Assembly: GCF_001447785.1 (NCBI RefSeq)
Contig: NW_015169174.1
Coordinates: forward strand, 523,729 to 587,728
Source: Gekko japonicus
Taxonomy: Eukaryota
Direction: 5' to 3'
DNA: 64,000 bases
Each line of letters opens with the position of its first letter. Position 1 is the stretch's first letter. This document shows positions 11,123-29,500 of this stretch, one piece after another. The notes below the pieces were generated by a model. The model worked only from the letters and a program-made list of their open reading frames with translations. It searched no databases and was not told the DNA's origin. Position numbers and translations under genes: made by a program.

Positions 11123-12589
11123 GCGTTACAATTGGGACTGGCCATTTTTCTGCCTTCTGAATTCCTCAGCAGCAGAAGGGAGGCCTGAGTAAGCCCCTGT
11201 GATGGGACACACCAAGTTGTATCCCCAGCTAGTCCAGATGGGCTGCATACATGAATATTTCATTTAGGTAGAGAGCCCTTGGTGTTCAAGCTGCCAACAC
11301 TAATCTGATGAGATAAAAAACAAGTACATGCAACCTGAGCCATAAGGCTTGAATTTCCTATGGTAGGAATAGATATACCCATTTGTTGGAGTCGGTCCTC
11401 TCCTTCTTGTATCACTGGTATGGAGAAGTAGGACAGAAGTCCACAGAATACTTCACTCCAGGTCAGTCCTGAGAGGGGAAGAGGTGAACGACTCTGGCTG
11501 CAGTCAAATGCATCTATACCTTCTGAGGGTGGATCCCACGTGAGAGAAAACATTGCACAGCCTGTGCTGGAAGGGTTTGCTCCAGTACTTTCAGGTATTT
11601 CTTCGTTAGACTGGGGATGACGAGACCACCCATTACTCTTGAGCTGCTGCTTTGCAGTGTGGCAATGAAAACAGCTCAAGGCTCATTCTGAGTGGCCATT
11701 GATTCTGTCATTGACTACTGCTGTTTCTTTAGAAGACCTTTGAAATGAAACAGTCTGAGAGCCAGTGCCCTATAAATGAAAGCTATGCAGCGTTCCCAGC
11801 CCTCCACTTTGTCAATGCTTGAGAGAGTCATAATCTGGCAGATATTATGTTCAGGAGCGGGAGGGTCTGGGGGTTAGGGAAACTGCCTCCTGGGGCAACA
11901 CACTGCAGACTGAAAGGTTTTCAAAGAAGAGCAGGAGGTGAGTAATATCAGAGCTGCCCTTTAGGGTGTCATTCATTGTTACAGAAATATATGTCATCTC
12001 TGTTCCTGGATCTTATTTCCCCGTGTTGCTCTAACCATGGTAGAGAAGTCCTGTTGGATCAGTCCAAGGGTCCATCTAGCATATGCTCCTAGCATATGCT
12101 TCCCTACCAGTCACTGGGGCTTTCAACATCTCTGACACAGTCAATAATAGGATTACTAGGATGAAACATATTCTCCAATGGCCCTTTGGTAATCCAAATC
12201 TTCTTTGATATTTATGTGGGTATTCTGTTGCAATTTCATGTATTTCCGTGAATTGGGGTTTAGCCCAGTCTCTGCTCTGTAATCTGTATCATCCTATATT
12301 GTCAGGCTGATTTTTATATTCTTAGCTATTAGTATTCAGATTACTACAGTTGATAGTATTTCTGAATCTTGTTAGCAAATGGATGTCACACATGCATGTT
12401 TGTGGCCCTCAGTTGAGAACAGCATGGTTTCATAGTTTAATTGGGCATTAGATCTCCAGCCACGAGTTGGTGTTTGGGTCACTGCTGTCTGCTGTGCAAG
12501 TTGGTTGTGCTGTGTGGACATCACCGCTCTGTCTCCCCCACCCTCTGTACCTGTGCCACTAATCTCTCAAACACTGCCCCAGACTCTGA

Positions 12590-18571
<5,982 letters not shown>

Positions 18572-21214
18572 TGGGGCAAGCTCTAAGTAGCCCTACCCTG
18601 GGACTCTCCCATGAAACTGCAGACTAAGTCCCAGGGGTTGGGAGAAATGTGGAGTGTAGAAATTACAGAGACAAATACCATCTCTTGAAGGGAGATGACC
18701 CCAACCCAGCTCTGCTCAGTTGGACAGCCTGCCTAGATCGCTCTCTTAAAACATCTTGGCCCTCATAGTGTGCGTTGGTGCCAAACTTCAGTTACAGAAC
18801 CACCCTTCCGGACAAAGCATCTGGCACTCCTGAAGCAGTGGCATTCCCTTTGTTGGGAGCATTCTCCATAGAAGGTCTGCTAGAGCTAAATTCCCACAGC
18901 CGTGATGGGCCCAGTGAGGGTTGCTGTATTTGTGCCCCCCCCCCCCCCCCCAACTGGTAAGGGAGGAGTGACTTGTTAATGTACATTATGGGAATGCATA
19001 AGGTTAGTTTACATCTTTCTTGACTTTGAAACCAACGCAGCTGGGAGGTTGTGACTTAGCTGTATTGGACTTCAGTGGTCAGAGTTGGAATCTGCATTTA
19101 GCGCAGCACCCATTCCCCTTCCTAAGCCTTCTGGGTCTCACTCAATCTTCTCCCCCCCCCCATGAGGCTCAATCTGTGTCAAAAACAAAGAAATGCAAAG
19201 TGGAAAATGGATCTGTAGAGTAGAATTCTAGACCTTCTGAATGTGCCTTCCCCCCAACCTTGTAAATCAGCACAGGGAATGAAGCCTGAGCTCTGCTGCC
19301 TGCCTGCCTGCCCATGTTGTTACCCAGTGTATCGGGGGCCTCTTTCCATTGCTGTAGATTTCTTCTGCTTCTGCTTTATCCTGTTAATGTAAGCCCTTTC
19401 ACTGTGCGTATTTGGGTTGCCTTTCCTTATGTAGGCTACTTGACCTAGTGGGCCTAAGAAGGAAGGGATCAATTTTGCCTCCGGCACTGTTGCATGGCAT
19501 CCATGCACTGTAGTGCCACATAGGCAGGGCTGTGTGTATTCTGCACTTGAAAAAATTAAAATTCTGATCAGGAATGCTGTATTCAGTAAATGGGATTGAT
19601 TATACAAAATAATGAGTGTGCATAAAGCTGCTTATTTTGCATAAGTGCTGTTTTTGTAGTCATAGGAAGAGGCAAAAAGCTTGGTAGAACATTGGAGCCT
19701 AACTGCCCGAAGTCTGGTACAGCCCCCTCCCCTCTTTTTCCGGCTTCTCAGAGTTTATTAGGCACTGGTCTCCTGGCTTTTTAGCCTGTTTTTGCAGCCT
19801 GAACAGCTAGAATTTTGCTTTAAAAATAACCAGAACTGAGATCCTCAAAATACTGACTTTGATGACCAGTATTGAATTATGTAATACAGTCACAGAATCA
19901 CGGCATGCACATGGCCCTGAACACCCCCAAACTAAGCGGTTACCATCTCTTTTTTGCCCATTGGGTCTAATGTGATTATCATTCTCAGATATACAGTGCA
20001 GTTCTAAGCAGCATTACTCCCTTCTAAGACTTTAGTGGGCTTAGAAGGGTGTAACTCTGCTTAGGATTACACTGATAATTATGCTGTTTGGGGGGGGGGC
20101 TGCCCTGTAAAAGCATTTTGGTGGGCGGGATAAGCAAATATTGGAACCTAGTAGGACAACTTACAATAACGTACAGCTTGAAGATTGCAGGCCACCCCTA
20201 AGTCATAAGTGCAAGCTAAGGTGTTGAAGCCTTTTGGTAGGATCCTTCTTAGAAAAGCAGGCTGAATGGAAATACAGGGTTGGGGTAATAGGTAGGGAAA
20301 ATCAGTTGTGGGTGAACAGCAAGTAAGACTGAAAGTGAATGGTGGAGGGTGGGGGACAGTTCGGATTGAATGGTCTTTGAAAAACTACTCTTGTTTCTGT
20401 GCAGCCACTTCATGTTTGTGTGCACTAGAATCTATCATGGGATTGTCTTGAGACTGGGGGTGTTCTTAGCCAAGCATTGACCCGCATGGTGTGTGTGTCC
20501 CTTAAGTGCCATGCTGGAGCCTGTGTGACCAGCCCACCTCCACACTGAATGTCTGCGTGTCAATGCCACCCTCGTGCCTTTCTGTCTCTGCCCATGTATG
20601 GGCCTTGGCCAAATAAAGAATTGCTGGATTTTTTGCCTCTATGTCTTTTTCTTGCTGCAAGTGTTGGGAAGAGGTTGTGGAACAGTAAGGGGAAGATACG
20701 TTCAAGGTGAATGTACAGTCCAAGTGCAGAAGTCATACAAGGTTGTTGCTGATATTAAAATGGTGAGCAGCCTTTTTTTATATGCATATGTACTGTGATG
20801 GCTACTAAAGTCTGTCTCCCCACCCCACCCCCTGGAAGATGTACCAATCTCCCTGTAGAGCATGCATTAGATTCTGGAAAAGGGAGAACTCCTGATTAAG
20901 TAATAATATTTAGTGTTCATGTAATAATTTATTGAATTTTAAAAGCACTTCCCATAGCCTCTCTCTGTAATCCTAAAAATGTAAACGAATGTGGAGTTTT
21001 GGTCTTGCCTTCATGATAATGTGGACAATTGGGCATTGGTTCAGTTTGGTAGATGGCATCAAAGCAGAAAGATAGATGGTCAGGCACTGCTTTTCAGCTG
21101 CCATGGATCACCTGCCATAAACATACTTAATGATGCTGGAATTGTATGACTGCAGTAATAACTTTTCCAGGCAGTGTTCTGCTGCTTTAATGTACACCTC
21201 TGTTCTGCAGTAAT

Positions 21215-22249
21215 CTAACAAAGCCCACCAGGCAGATTATTTTTCTTTATATATCCGGAATACGACCTATAGGCCACATCCATCTCACTCATCAACAATT
21301 CCGCCTTCAAATCTGTTACTGGGGTCAATGCTTCGCTCATCATTTGCTTCAGATTCTCACCCTTAGTCTCTGGGACACCCTGGAAACGAAGGACCAGGTT
21401 TGCCTTCTCCATTTGTAGTTGTAAAAGCTGTTCTTCTGTAGACACTTGCTTCTTTTCCAATTTTTGTACCTTTTTCTTCACCTTTTGAGCAGTGGCGTCA
21501 ACTTCTTTCACTTTCTCAGCTGTTTGTTCTGTAATATTGAGAGTCTCAGTCAATTGTGTCTGCTGAGTAGTGATTGTTGACAACTGTTCCTTGAGATTAG
21601 TCATCTGGTCCAGCAGGGGATGCAGGGACTCTGCCAACGTTTTGGCCAGCTCGGTGGTTCCTTCCGGTCGTGGGCTCTCAGCTACTTTCGCTGTTGAAAG
21701 TTTCTCTTTCTCAGTGTTCTCCCCCGCCATCTTTATGGATTGTTTACTTTCGCAAAAAAATTTAAAGTCTCTGAATATGCGCTCATACGCGCCTTGGTAA
21801 GTCTTTCCCAACAGATTTTATCGTTTTTCCCTTTTCCTCCCCCCCCCCCCCCCCCCGGGTCTCACTTTTAAGTTTATGTGCAAGGGTGGGGAGCTTTCTT
21901 TTTAAATAGCAAATACGCTTTAGTCCGACTCACTGTTCATATTCGGTCATATGACCTCACTTAGCCTCCGTTTTAGCCGCTCGATCTCCAGCGCTTATCC
22001 CAGTCAGCATCACTAGTTCCGTTCGGACTCTCAGCAGAGGGACTGTTGGGACAGAGAAACACCTCGATTCCCCAGCATCGCGCTGGCGAAGAGGCGCCCT
22101 CTCAGAAGTCCCCTGGTCAGGAGCCTTTCACCAGGCTCCTGGGGGGGAAGTGATGCCTCGCCTCCCCTCCTTTCTGCCGGTGCACAGCTTCACCCCCGGG
22201 AAGTCTGGGAGACGAGTCCGCTTAGCGCGCTGCCATAAACCGGAAGTCT
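21215..22249 (-). mobile_element. L1-type element: 5' UTR plus first two-thirds of ORF1, 3' part missing
   Basis: Minus-strand start GACTTCCGGTTTATGGC and a CpG-rich UTR. The ORF has a heptad coiled coil followed by the RRM start LVLRFQGVPE. Confidence 0.78.
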
Positions 22250-22519
22250 ACAAAAATGAAACTTGAATGGAACGTTTACTGCTGAAGTACTTTTTCTGGG
22301 CAGGGCAAGGGGAAAGCTAGCAGAGAAGAGTCACCATGGCATATATGCAAGTGATTATTGCCCCTGCTCAGAAACTATTTGAAGACTGTAAATAGCAAGG
22401 GATAAAGCCAATATGAGGAAGGTCCATGAGAAGCAGCATGTGAAACTCTATTTTACTGCTCGTGTAGCATTTAGTCTTTCAAACACACCCGTGTATACAT
22501 CGTAGGTTGAATGATTTGA

Positions 22520-23230
22520 TATGATTTATTTGATTTATAGCCCACCTTCCCTGCAAGCAGGCTCAGGGCGAGTAATAACAATAACAATATTTAAAACAAT
22601 AATTATGAATTAACATTAAGAACAGTGTCTAATATCAATATCCGATGGCAGTTGAAACATTAGAACAGATTAATACACCCCATCTGGACTGGTTTTGCAT
22701 CAAGTGCAACAATAGATGTTAATACAGAGAAGCAGGACAAACGGGCAAGGAAGAGTGCGGGAGGAGGCCAGTCCAGATGGTTACCACAGCCTCAACCGTA
22801 GGGCTGGTGGAAGAGCTCCGTTTTGCAGACCCTGTGGAACTGCATTAAGTCCCACAGGGCTTGGATCTCACCTGGGAGAGTGTTCCACCAGGCCAGTGCC
22901 AGAGCTGAAAAGGCTCTGGCTCTGGTGGACGATAAGCGGATATCTTTCGAGCTGGGAATTACCAGAAGATTTTGATCTGCTGAGTGTAAAGCTCTGTGGG
23001 GGACATACCAGGAGAGGTGGCCTAGGGCCTTAAAGGTCAAAAAACAATACCTTGATCTGGTACTTCACCTGGAGCCAGTGCAGCTGGCAGAGCACCAGTT
23101 TACTGTGAGCTCTTAGTGATGTTCCAGTGAGGATATGAGCTGCTGCATTCTGAACCAGCTGGAGTTTCAGGTCAGTCTCAAGGGTAGCCTTGCATAAATC
23201 AAGTTACAGTAGTCTAGTTTGCATGCATCA
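22520..23230 (-). mobile_element. L2 LINE 3' fragment
   Basis: ORF 22792-23040 (TFKAL...RARAFS...WNTLP) is homologous to the 3' end of the L2 at 17800-18060. AT-rich tail near 22520. Confidence 0.85.
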
Positions 23231-23369
23231 CTGTAGCTAAATCTGGGGGAGAGAGGAAGGTGTATTTTACTATTTGCAAGGAGTGTGTGTAAGTTAATGT
23301 CTGGTTAAATAGCAAAAACCCTACAGGCCATCTCAGGGTTTTAGTCATTGCATGGAACAGCTTTTCCCT

Positions 23370-23519
23370 TCACAGCCAGCCATTAGAGCTGAAATTCTGC
23401 CGCAGCTCTGTCACTTGTGTCTTGTTTAATGGGAGCAAGGGGGCACGACAGAGACCTCCATAGTAACCAAACCATTCCATAGCCTGCTTGAGGCCTGGGA
23501 TTCCAAATTTGCTGGTCAC
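23370..23519 (-). CDS. HOGA1: HOGA1 exon 7 (last)
   Basis: [28 protein letters not shown]...SNGWL*. Confidence 0.95.
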   Translation of the reverse strand: MTSKFGIPGLKQAMEWFGYYGGLCRAPLLPLNKTQVTELRQNFSSNGWL

Positions 23520-26500
23520 CTGTAGGAAAAGAAAATGTAAGGATTTGAAAACTGCCGCAAGGCCAACAATTTAAAAGGGGTGTACATGAATTCCCTTTTC
23601 ATGCAAGTACTATACCATTCTAAGCTCACAGAATTTGGAAGTAACTGAAGCAGTCAATAAACCGTGCACTATCTTGAAAATATCTGTGGTCACAGAATGT
23701 TGAACATAGGAGTAAGGTAGGTGCTAGGATCCAGCAATTCCATTTAGACCCTTGCTAAATTTAGATAGCAATGTGACATGTCATACTCCACTAACGTACA
23801 TTTTGAGATAATGATATGCCACCAAGGAATTGAACATTTCCTAGAATACACATGGTCTAATACGAAATTGCCATATTCTGGATCAAGCCAATATCCATCT
23901 GACCATGCTCAGTTCTGACTGACCATGCTCAGTTCTGACTGACAGGTTTATTTATTTACTAGGGAGCAAGGCCCGTTGAGCAGGGCGATACAACGGGCAG
24001 CTAGCCCCCCCGTTGCCTCCTCCCCCTCTCCGCCCTGACCCAGGCAGCCGCCGGTCTGAGGCTGGCGGCCGTCGTCTCGAGCCACTTGCGGCTCTCGGTT
24101 GTCCCTCGCACGGCGCTCACCTCCTCCCCCTCTCCGCTCTGACCGACGCAGCCGCCCGTCGGCTCCAGCCACCCCTCTGCACTGTGCTGGCGTCCTCCCC
24201 CTCTCCGGCCTGACCCAGGCGGCCGGCGGCCACATCCCGGCGGCCATCGCAGCCGTCCGTCGCCTCAAGCCCCCGGGAAGATTCNNNNNNNNNNNNNNNN
24301 NNNNNNNNNNNNNNNNNNNNNNNNNNNNNNNNNNNNNNNNNNNNNNNNNNNNNNNNNNNNNNNNNNNNNNNNNNNNNNNNNNNNNNNNNGGGAAAGATTT
24401 ATTATTATCATCATCATCATCATCATCATCATTATTTTGTCTGATACCCTTTAATTATAGATGTCAGAATTTGAAACTGGGACCTTAGACATAGAAAGTA
24501 TATGTCTTTCCACTGAGTCAGTTCTTTCCTTATTGTGGAATAGCTCAAGAAGAAGCCTGGGATTTTATTTTATTTTTTGTTAACTCTTAAAATGAAGATG
24601 AAATAGAATGGCAAAAAATAAGTGTTCATGATTGCATCAGTGCTCAGTTCTTGTGGTCCTTTCTTACACCCCCGGGGAAATGCTGATCACCACTTTGGGG
24701 TCAGGAAGCAATTTCCAGGACAGTTTGGCCAGGGATCCTGGAGGGGTTTTTTTTGTCATCTTCTAGGCATGGAGCAGGGGTCACTGGGGGTGTGAGGGGG
24801 AGGTTACCTGCATGTGCAGGGGGTTGGACTAGATGATGCTGGAGGTCCCTGTAATGATTCCTTGTTTTGATGTGTGTGTGTTCCTTTAAATGTTAGTTTG
24901 ACTGCAGTAATGCAAGGAGGGCAATAGGGGGAGATGCGTGTGCTGTGATTGGTTGATGACTGAAAGTGTGGGAGGAGATGTTCTGAGAGGAATTTCTGTC
25001 TCTGTGTGTGTTTGATGACAGACTTTAGAGAGCGTTCTGTGTCTTTGGAGAGTAAAGTGTGAAAAACTTTAAAGAGAGTCTGTGGAGAGAGAGAGGCTAC
25101 AAGGAAATGAATCAAGCTGTGTCTAAACTGTGATTAGACCAATGTTTTATCTTGTGTGGAAAAGTTAAAGAGTTTAGCCGGTTTGGCTACACATATGAGA
25201 GAGAGAGAGAATCCTGTCAGAGGGAATTTTGGTGTCTGAGAGACTGGTGTGACACCAAGCTTGTTGGTTACATTTTACAAGTTCCTTTTTCCAGAAACCT
25301 ATTTTGTTCTTATTTCAATAAATCCATTTTTGTTTAAATATTACAGTACTTCCTCAGGACCACATAGTCCTCTGAAGTGCCCAGACCCTGGGTTACACTA
25401 CCAAAGGAGAGAGATTTGGAATTTTAAATTCCTGGTGGCAGCAGAAACTACCAAGTTTATGTATGCAAAGTGTGAATTAAAAGGTAAAACTGTTTCCCCT
25501 AAAAGCAAGCATGTCACAGAGTATGAATTAAAGGAAAAAACAGGTCCCCCCCCAATAAGAAGGGCACCACATTCCCTTCCAGCTCTATGATTCTATGATT
25601 GCAAATCATGTTTGTGCAAAAATTGAAAAAATGCTGAGAACAAACCAGATATTTTACAAAGGACCCTCAAAATATCATGGCCTAAGCTACCCAGAAGTAT
25701 CTTCTGAGTCTCAAAAATCAAAGGGGATAAAGTTCAGAACTGTTGAAGGTGACCCAAGAGATCACCCACCCACCTCTAGGGAATTGCTTGGTCATACCAC
25801 TGATCTAGCTGTAGGTGCAGGGAGTGCTGAGTTCACAGGAGATGTTCTTCCAAGAGCATGGAAGAGCCCCTTGTCCTTGTTTCAGTCCCTGAAGAACTCA
25901 TTGCCCACAGAAGCAAACCCTTTCCTCCTGTAGTTTGGCAAAATAGCTGTGTTTCAACGTCAGTCATCCCTCTCCCCTCCACGCCCAGTACTCTGGCTCT
26001 TACTGCTAGGTTTGGCTCAATGAGTCGGTGCTGCAGTTCACGGGCCTTGTCCCAACTTCCGGCACGGCAGAGACTCTCAAGCTGGCAAAGAGGTGTACCG
26101 AGCACATTGGCAAGGGCACAGATTCCTCCAACGACACCTGGAGCAGATCCAATAAAAAAGAACATCCATTCACTGGGAACACATCTTTGTACCCCAGCCC
26201 TGCCCCCCGCAGCAAATCCCAATATTCTCACTCAGCTGCCTTCAAACCAGTGCTATGCTATTGAAGGCATGTTATGGAGAGGAAATTCTGTCTCACCTCC
26301 TTCAGAAATTCCAACACATCCTAGTTTGTTCCTTCCTAATACAGCCATCTACATTCTGCAGGATAGCCCCATATGGAGATAAATTTCGTCATATCACCTA
26401 CCTACAGTGTAACTGGCCAGCAGAAAACCAGCTGATCCTGCCAGTACCTGGAAGTCTTCATGCGGAGTCTTATGGACAAGCAGCCCCAAGCGGGTAATCT

Positions 26501-29500
26501 GGTGAAAGAAAAGGGGGAATTTCTGGGATAGTGAGAGAGCGAGTACTGGGATGCCAATCTTCAGGAGTATGCCGGGAGCATAGACAGGGCAGTAAACATA
26601 AAGACATCTGCCAGGGCAAGCATGATCACTGGACAGGTATGGTAGAAACGATGGTATGATGTTGCCTTGTGCCCCCTTCCTTGTATGAAGCTTGCTTTTT
26701 AAGTTTCTCAGGGTTCTCCCCCCCCCCCCCCCCCCCGCCCCGCATAGTCTACTAGTCTGGTCAAAAAAATATGTCAAGTTCTAGGATGGGATTTTGGGGG
26801 GCCAGTCTAAACGATAGGACATCCTTATGGCCACCACAAAGACACCACCGCCATCTTAAAGTGATTTAAAAATGCTGTGAGGGCCTGATCCTGATTGGGT
26901 CTGCAGCAGGGCAGGCAGAGGCACACTTGTCATCCGTCCGTGCACCCCACACCTTATCAAGTGCCCAAACAGCTGCACGCTCTGTCTGTTTCAGCACTTG
27001 AAAAGGCAGGGGGGATCAGGCCTGTAGCCAGGATTTTTAAATTCAGGGGGCCTTTGAATAAGTCAGGGGGCCCCCCACACACACCCTCCTGCACCCCCCC
27101 CCAAAGGAGCACCTGGCTGGATGGGAAGTCAGGGGGCCTTGGTGGTAAGTCAGGGGGCTGGGCCCTGAGATGCCCCACTGTAGCTACAGGCCTGGGGGGG
27201 ATAAGCACTGTCCTTTAAATCACTTTAAAATGATAGCATCCTCATGGTAGCCACAAGGATGCCCCCATGTCTCGTTTGGCCCTTTAACTCTTTTTGTTTA
27301 CTTAACCAACTTAATACTGTGACTGCATTAGATACTATCAAGCAAGAAGAAGGGGGGGGGGGTAGATGGCCCACAATTCTAAGTAGATTGTGGCCTAGGG
27401 TCACACAATGATGTCATATTTTAATGCTCAGCTTGGTGAGTTCCTGGACAAGAGATCATCTGGGAACCACACATAAACAGTGATGCTCTTCCAGTAAGAA
27501 GAGAGGAAAAATTTAATCAATGCTTTTAATGGGAAGAGGCACTGGAAGGGCAACAGCTGACAGAGTGGGCTGGGGAGAGTCTACAGACTTGTAGTCAACA
27601 ACAAGACTCAAGAGAGATAAAACGGCAAGTGCCATTTCCAAATACACAAGTGCTACACCTAGAGGGTGGGAAGCTCTCATCTGACTCTGCCTTACATGTC
27701 CCTTCTGGGCAGCTTGAAATTATTACTTCAAAGTTAATATTTGAACACCTGAAGTGAAGGAGAAATTGGCAGGTCTCTAGACTCTCCAGCAAACCATTTG
27801 CTTACTTAAGATAAAATGAGCTCCAGCCTTCATCTCTCAAATGCTGGCAGGTCCTCAAACCGGAATGCCTATCATCATCCCAGGGTACAATTAACACCCC
27901 CCCCCCAGCAGCATCACATGAGCTCAGCATATGCCTCCCACCTTTCACTCACATTACCACCACTGTCCTTGATCCCCACAATGTTGGGGTGCTGTGCCAG
28001 GGTGAGCACCACGTCACTGGGAAGCTCCAGACCTGTAAAGGCTGGGACACTGTACAGTATCACAGGGATTGGAGATGCGTCAGCCACCTGGGGGATACAA
28101 AAGAATCCAGTACTAGCATATGAGCATTAGAAGGAAATAATCCATGCCCTTTACACATAAAATGAGAAGCTCCTAACAAGTTATTCTTTGGAAAGCGCTA
28201 TCAAAGAAAATTTGCAAACTCTTCTTCCTTAGCACAGTAAAATCTCATTCTTCCACCAGCTATTCCCCTGATGTAGCAGATCCTACAAATACAGTCACTG
28301 TTTGTTATTTTGCATTTATTGTTCAACATTGTCTGTTTTGAGAAGAATCTCGTGTGTTTCCTCTTCAGGAGAATGCAGGACAATGAAGTGTGAAATTTTT
28401 GTTGGACTGCATGATATTTGTACCTGTTATATTTATATCCTAGTTTCTGAAAATTGTATCCCAAAGTGGCTTACATTCACAAAGAGAGACCGCTCCTGCC
28501 TCTCAAGATTAGAAACTAAGAGGACAAGACACACAAGGAAAGCAGAGTGAAGAGGAAAGAGATCAGCTTGACAGATGGATTTTTATATACAGTTCAGCAA
28601 GGTCGATTTTCCCTCACTGTTAGTCTTGCTTGGATGTAAGTGGTGGAATTATCATACGAACCTTGTTCCTCTGACTGGTGACGGGGTCAGAGTGTCCATT
28701 TTTCAACACAGCAAAGTACAGTAGGATGTGCTGTTATTGTCTCCTAGGGTATGGTGTGAAGGTACCACAGGGGTACTTTAATTTTGGGGGATTTTTAACT
28801 GCCTATTAGTGATTCCTCATAAACTAGAGAATTTATGGAGAACAATGTAAGCTGCTTTGGGTCTCCACTGGGGAGAAAGCCGGGGTACAGATGGATTAAA
28901 TATTTTTATTAAAGAACTATATTATTCACAACCAGTAAAAAAGTACATAGATTATATATAGCATAATCTAGTGTTTAAGATAAATTATATCAGTTCAATT
29001 TATATCTCCTTACATTGTATCTATATCTCTTTATATAAACTTCTTTTTTTACTTCTTTCAAAATGATCATTAATTATGCATTGAAACATACCTGATAATT
29101 ACTAGCTTCCTAAGCTCCAGCATCTTCTGTCTTCTTGTTTTAAACTAATAGTTAATTAACCGATACAGTATATCTTGGAGCCCAGAAAACCATTTAGGTC
29201 TATAGGAGCCCACAATGTAGGCGAGGGGAGAGCCTTCTCCTCCACCCGATGACCTACAATATGATAGCACATACCTGTCTGCTCTCCGGGCCTCCCAGCC
29301 CCCCCAAACTATATATACATTGAGCTAATAAATACGTAGCTTGTTATTGTGATAGAACATTACAAAATTACATCACATCAAGCTCTATTTCACCATACTC
29401 TGTTTCTTCAGAAACATGAAGCTTGCTGCTTTCAACAGGAGTCAACGGTGAATGAATCTTCCTTTTTACAGCTCGAGTTTCAGCTTACTCTAACTGAGGC

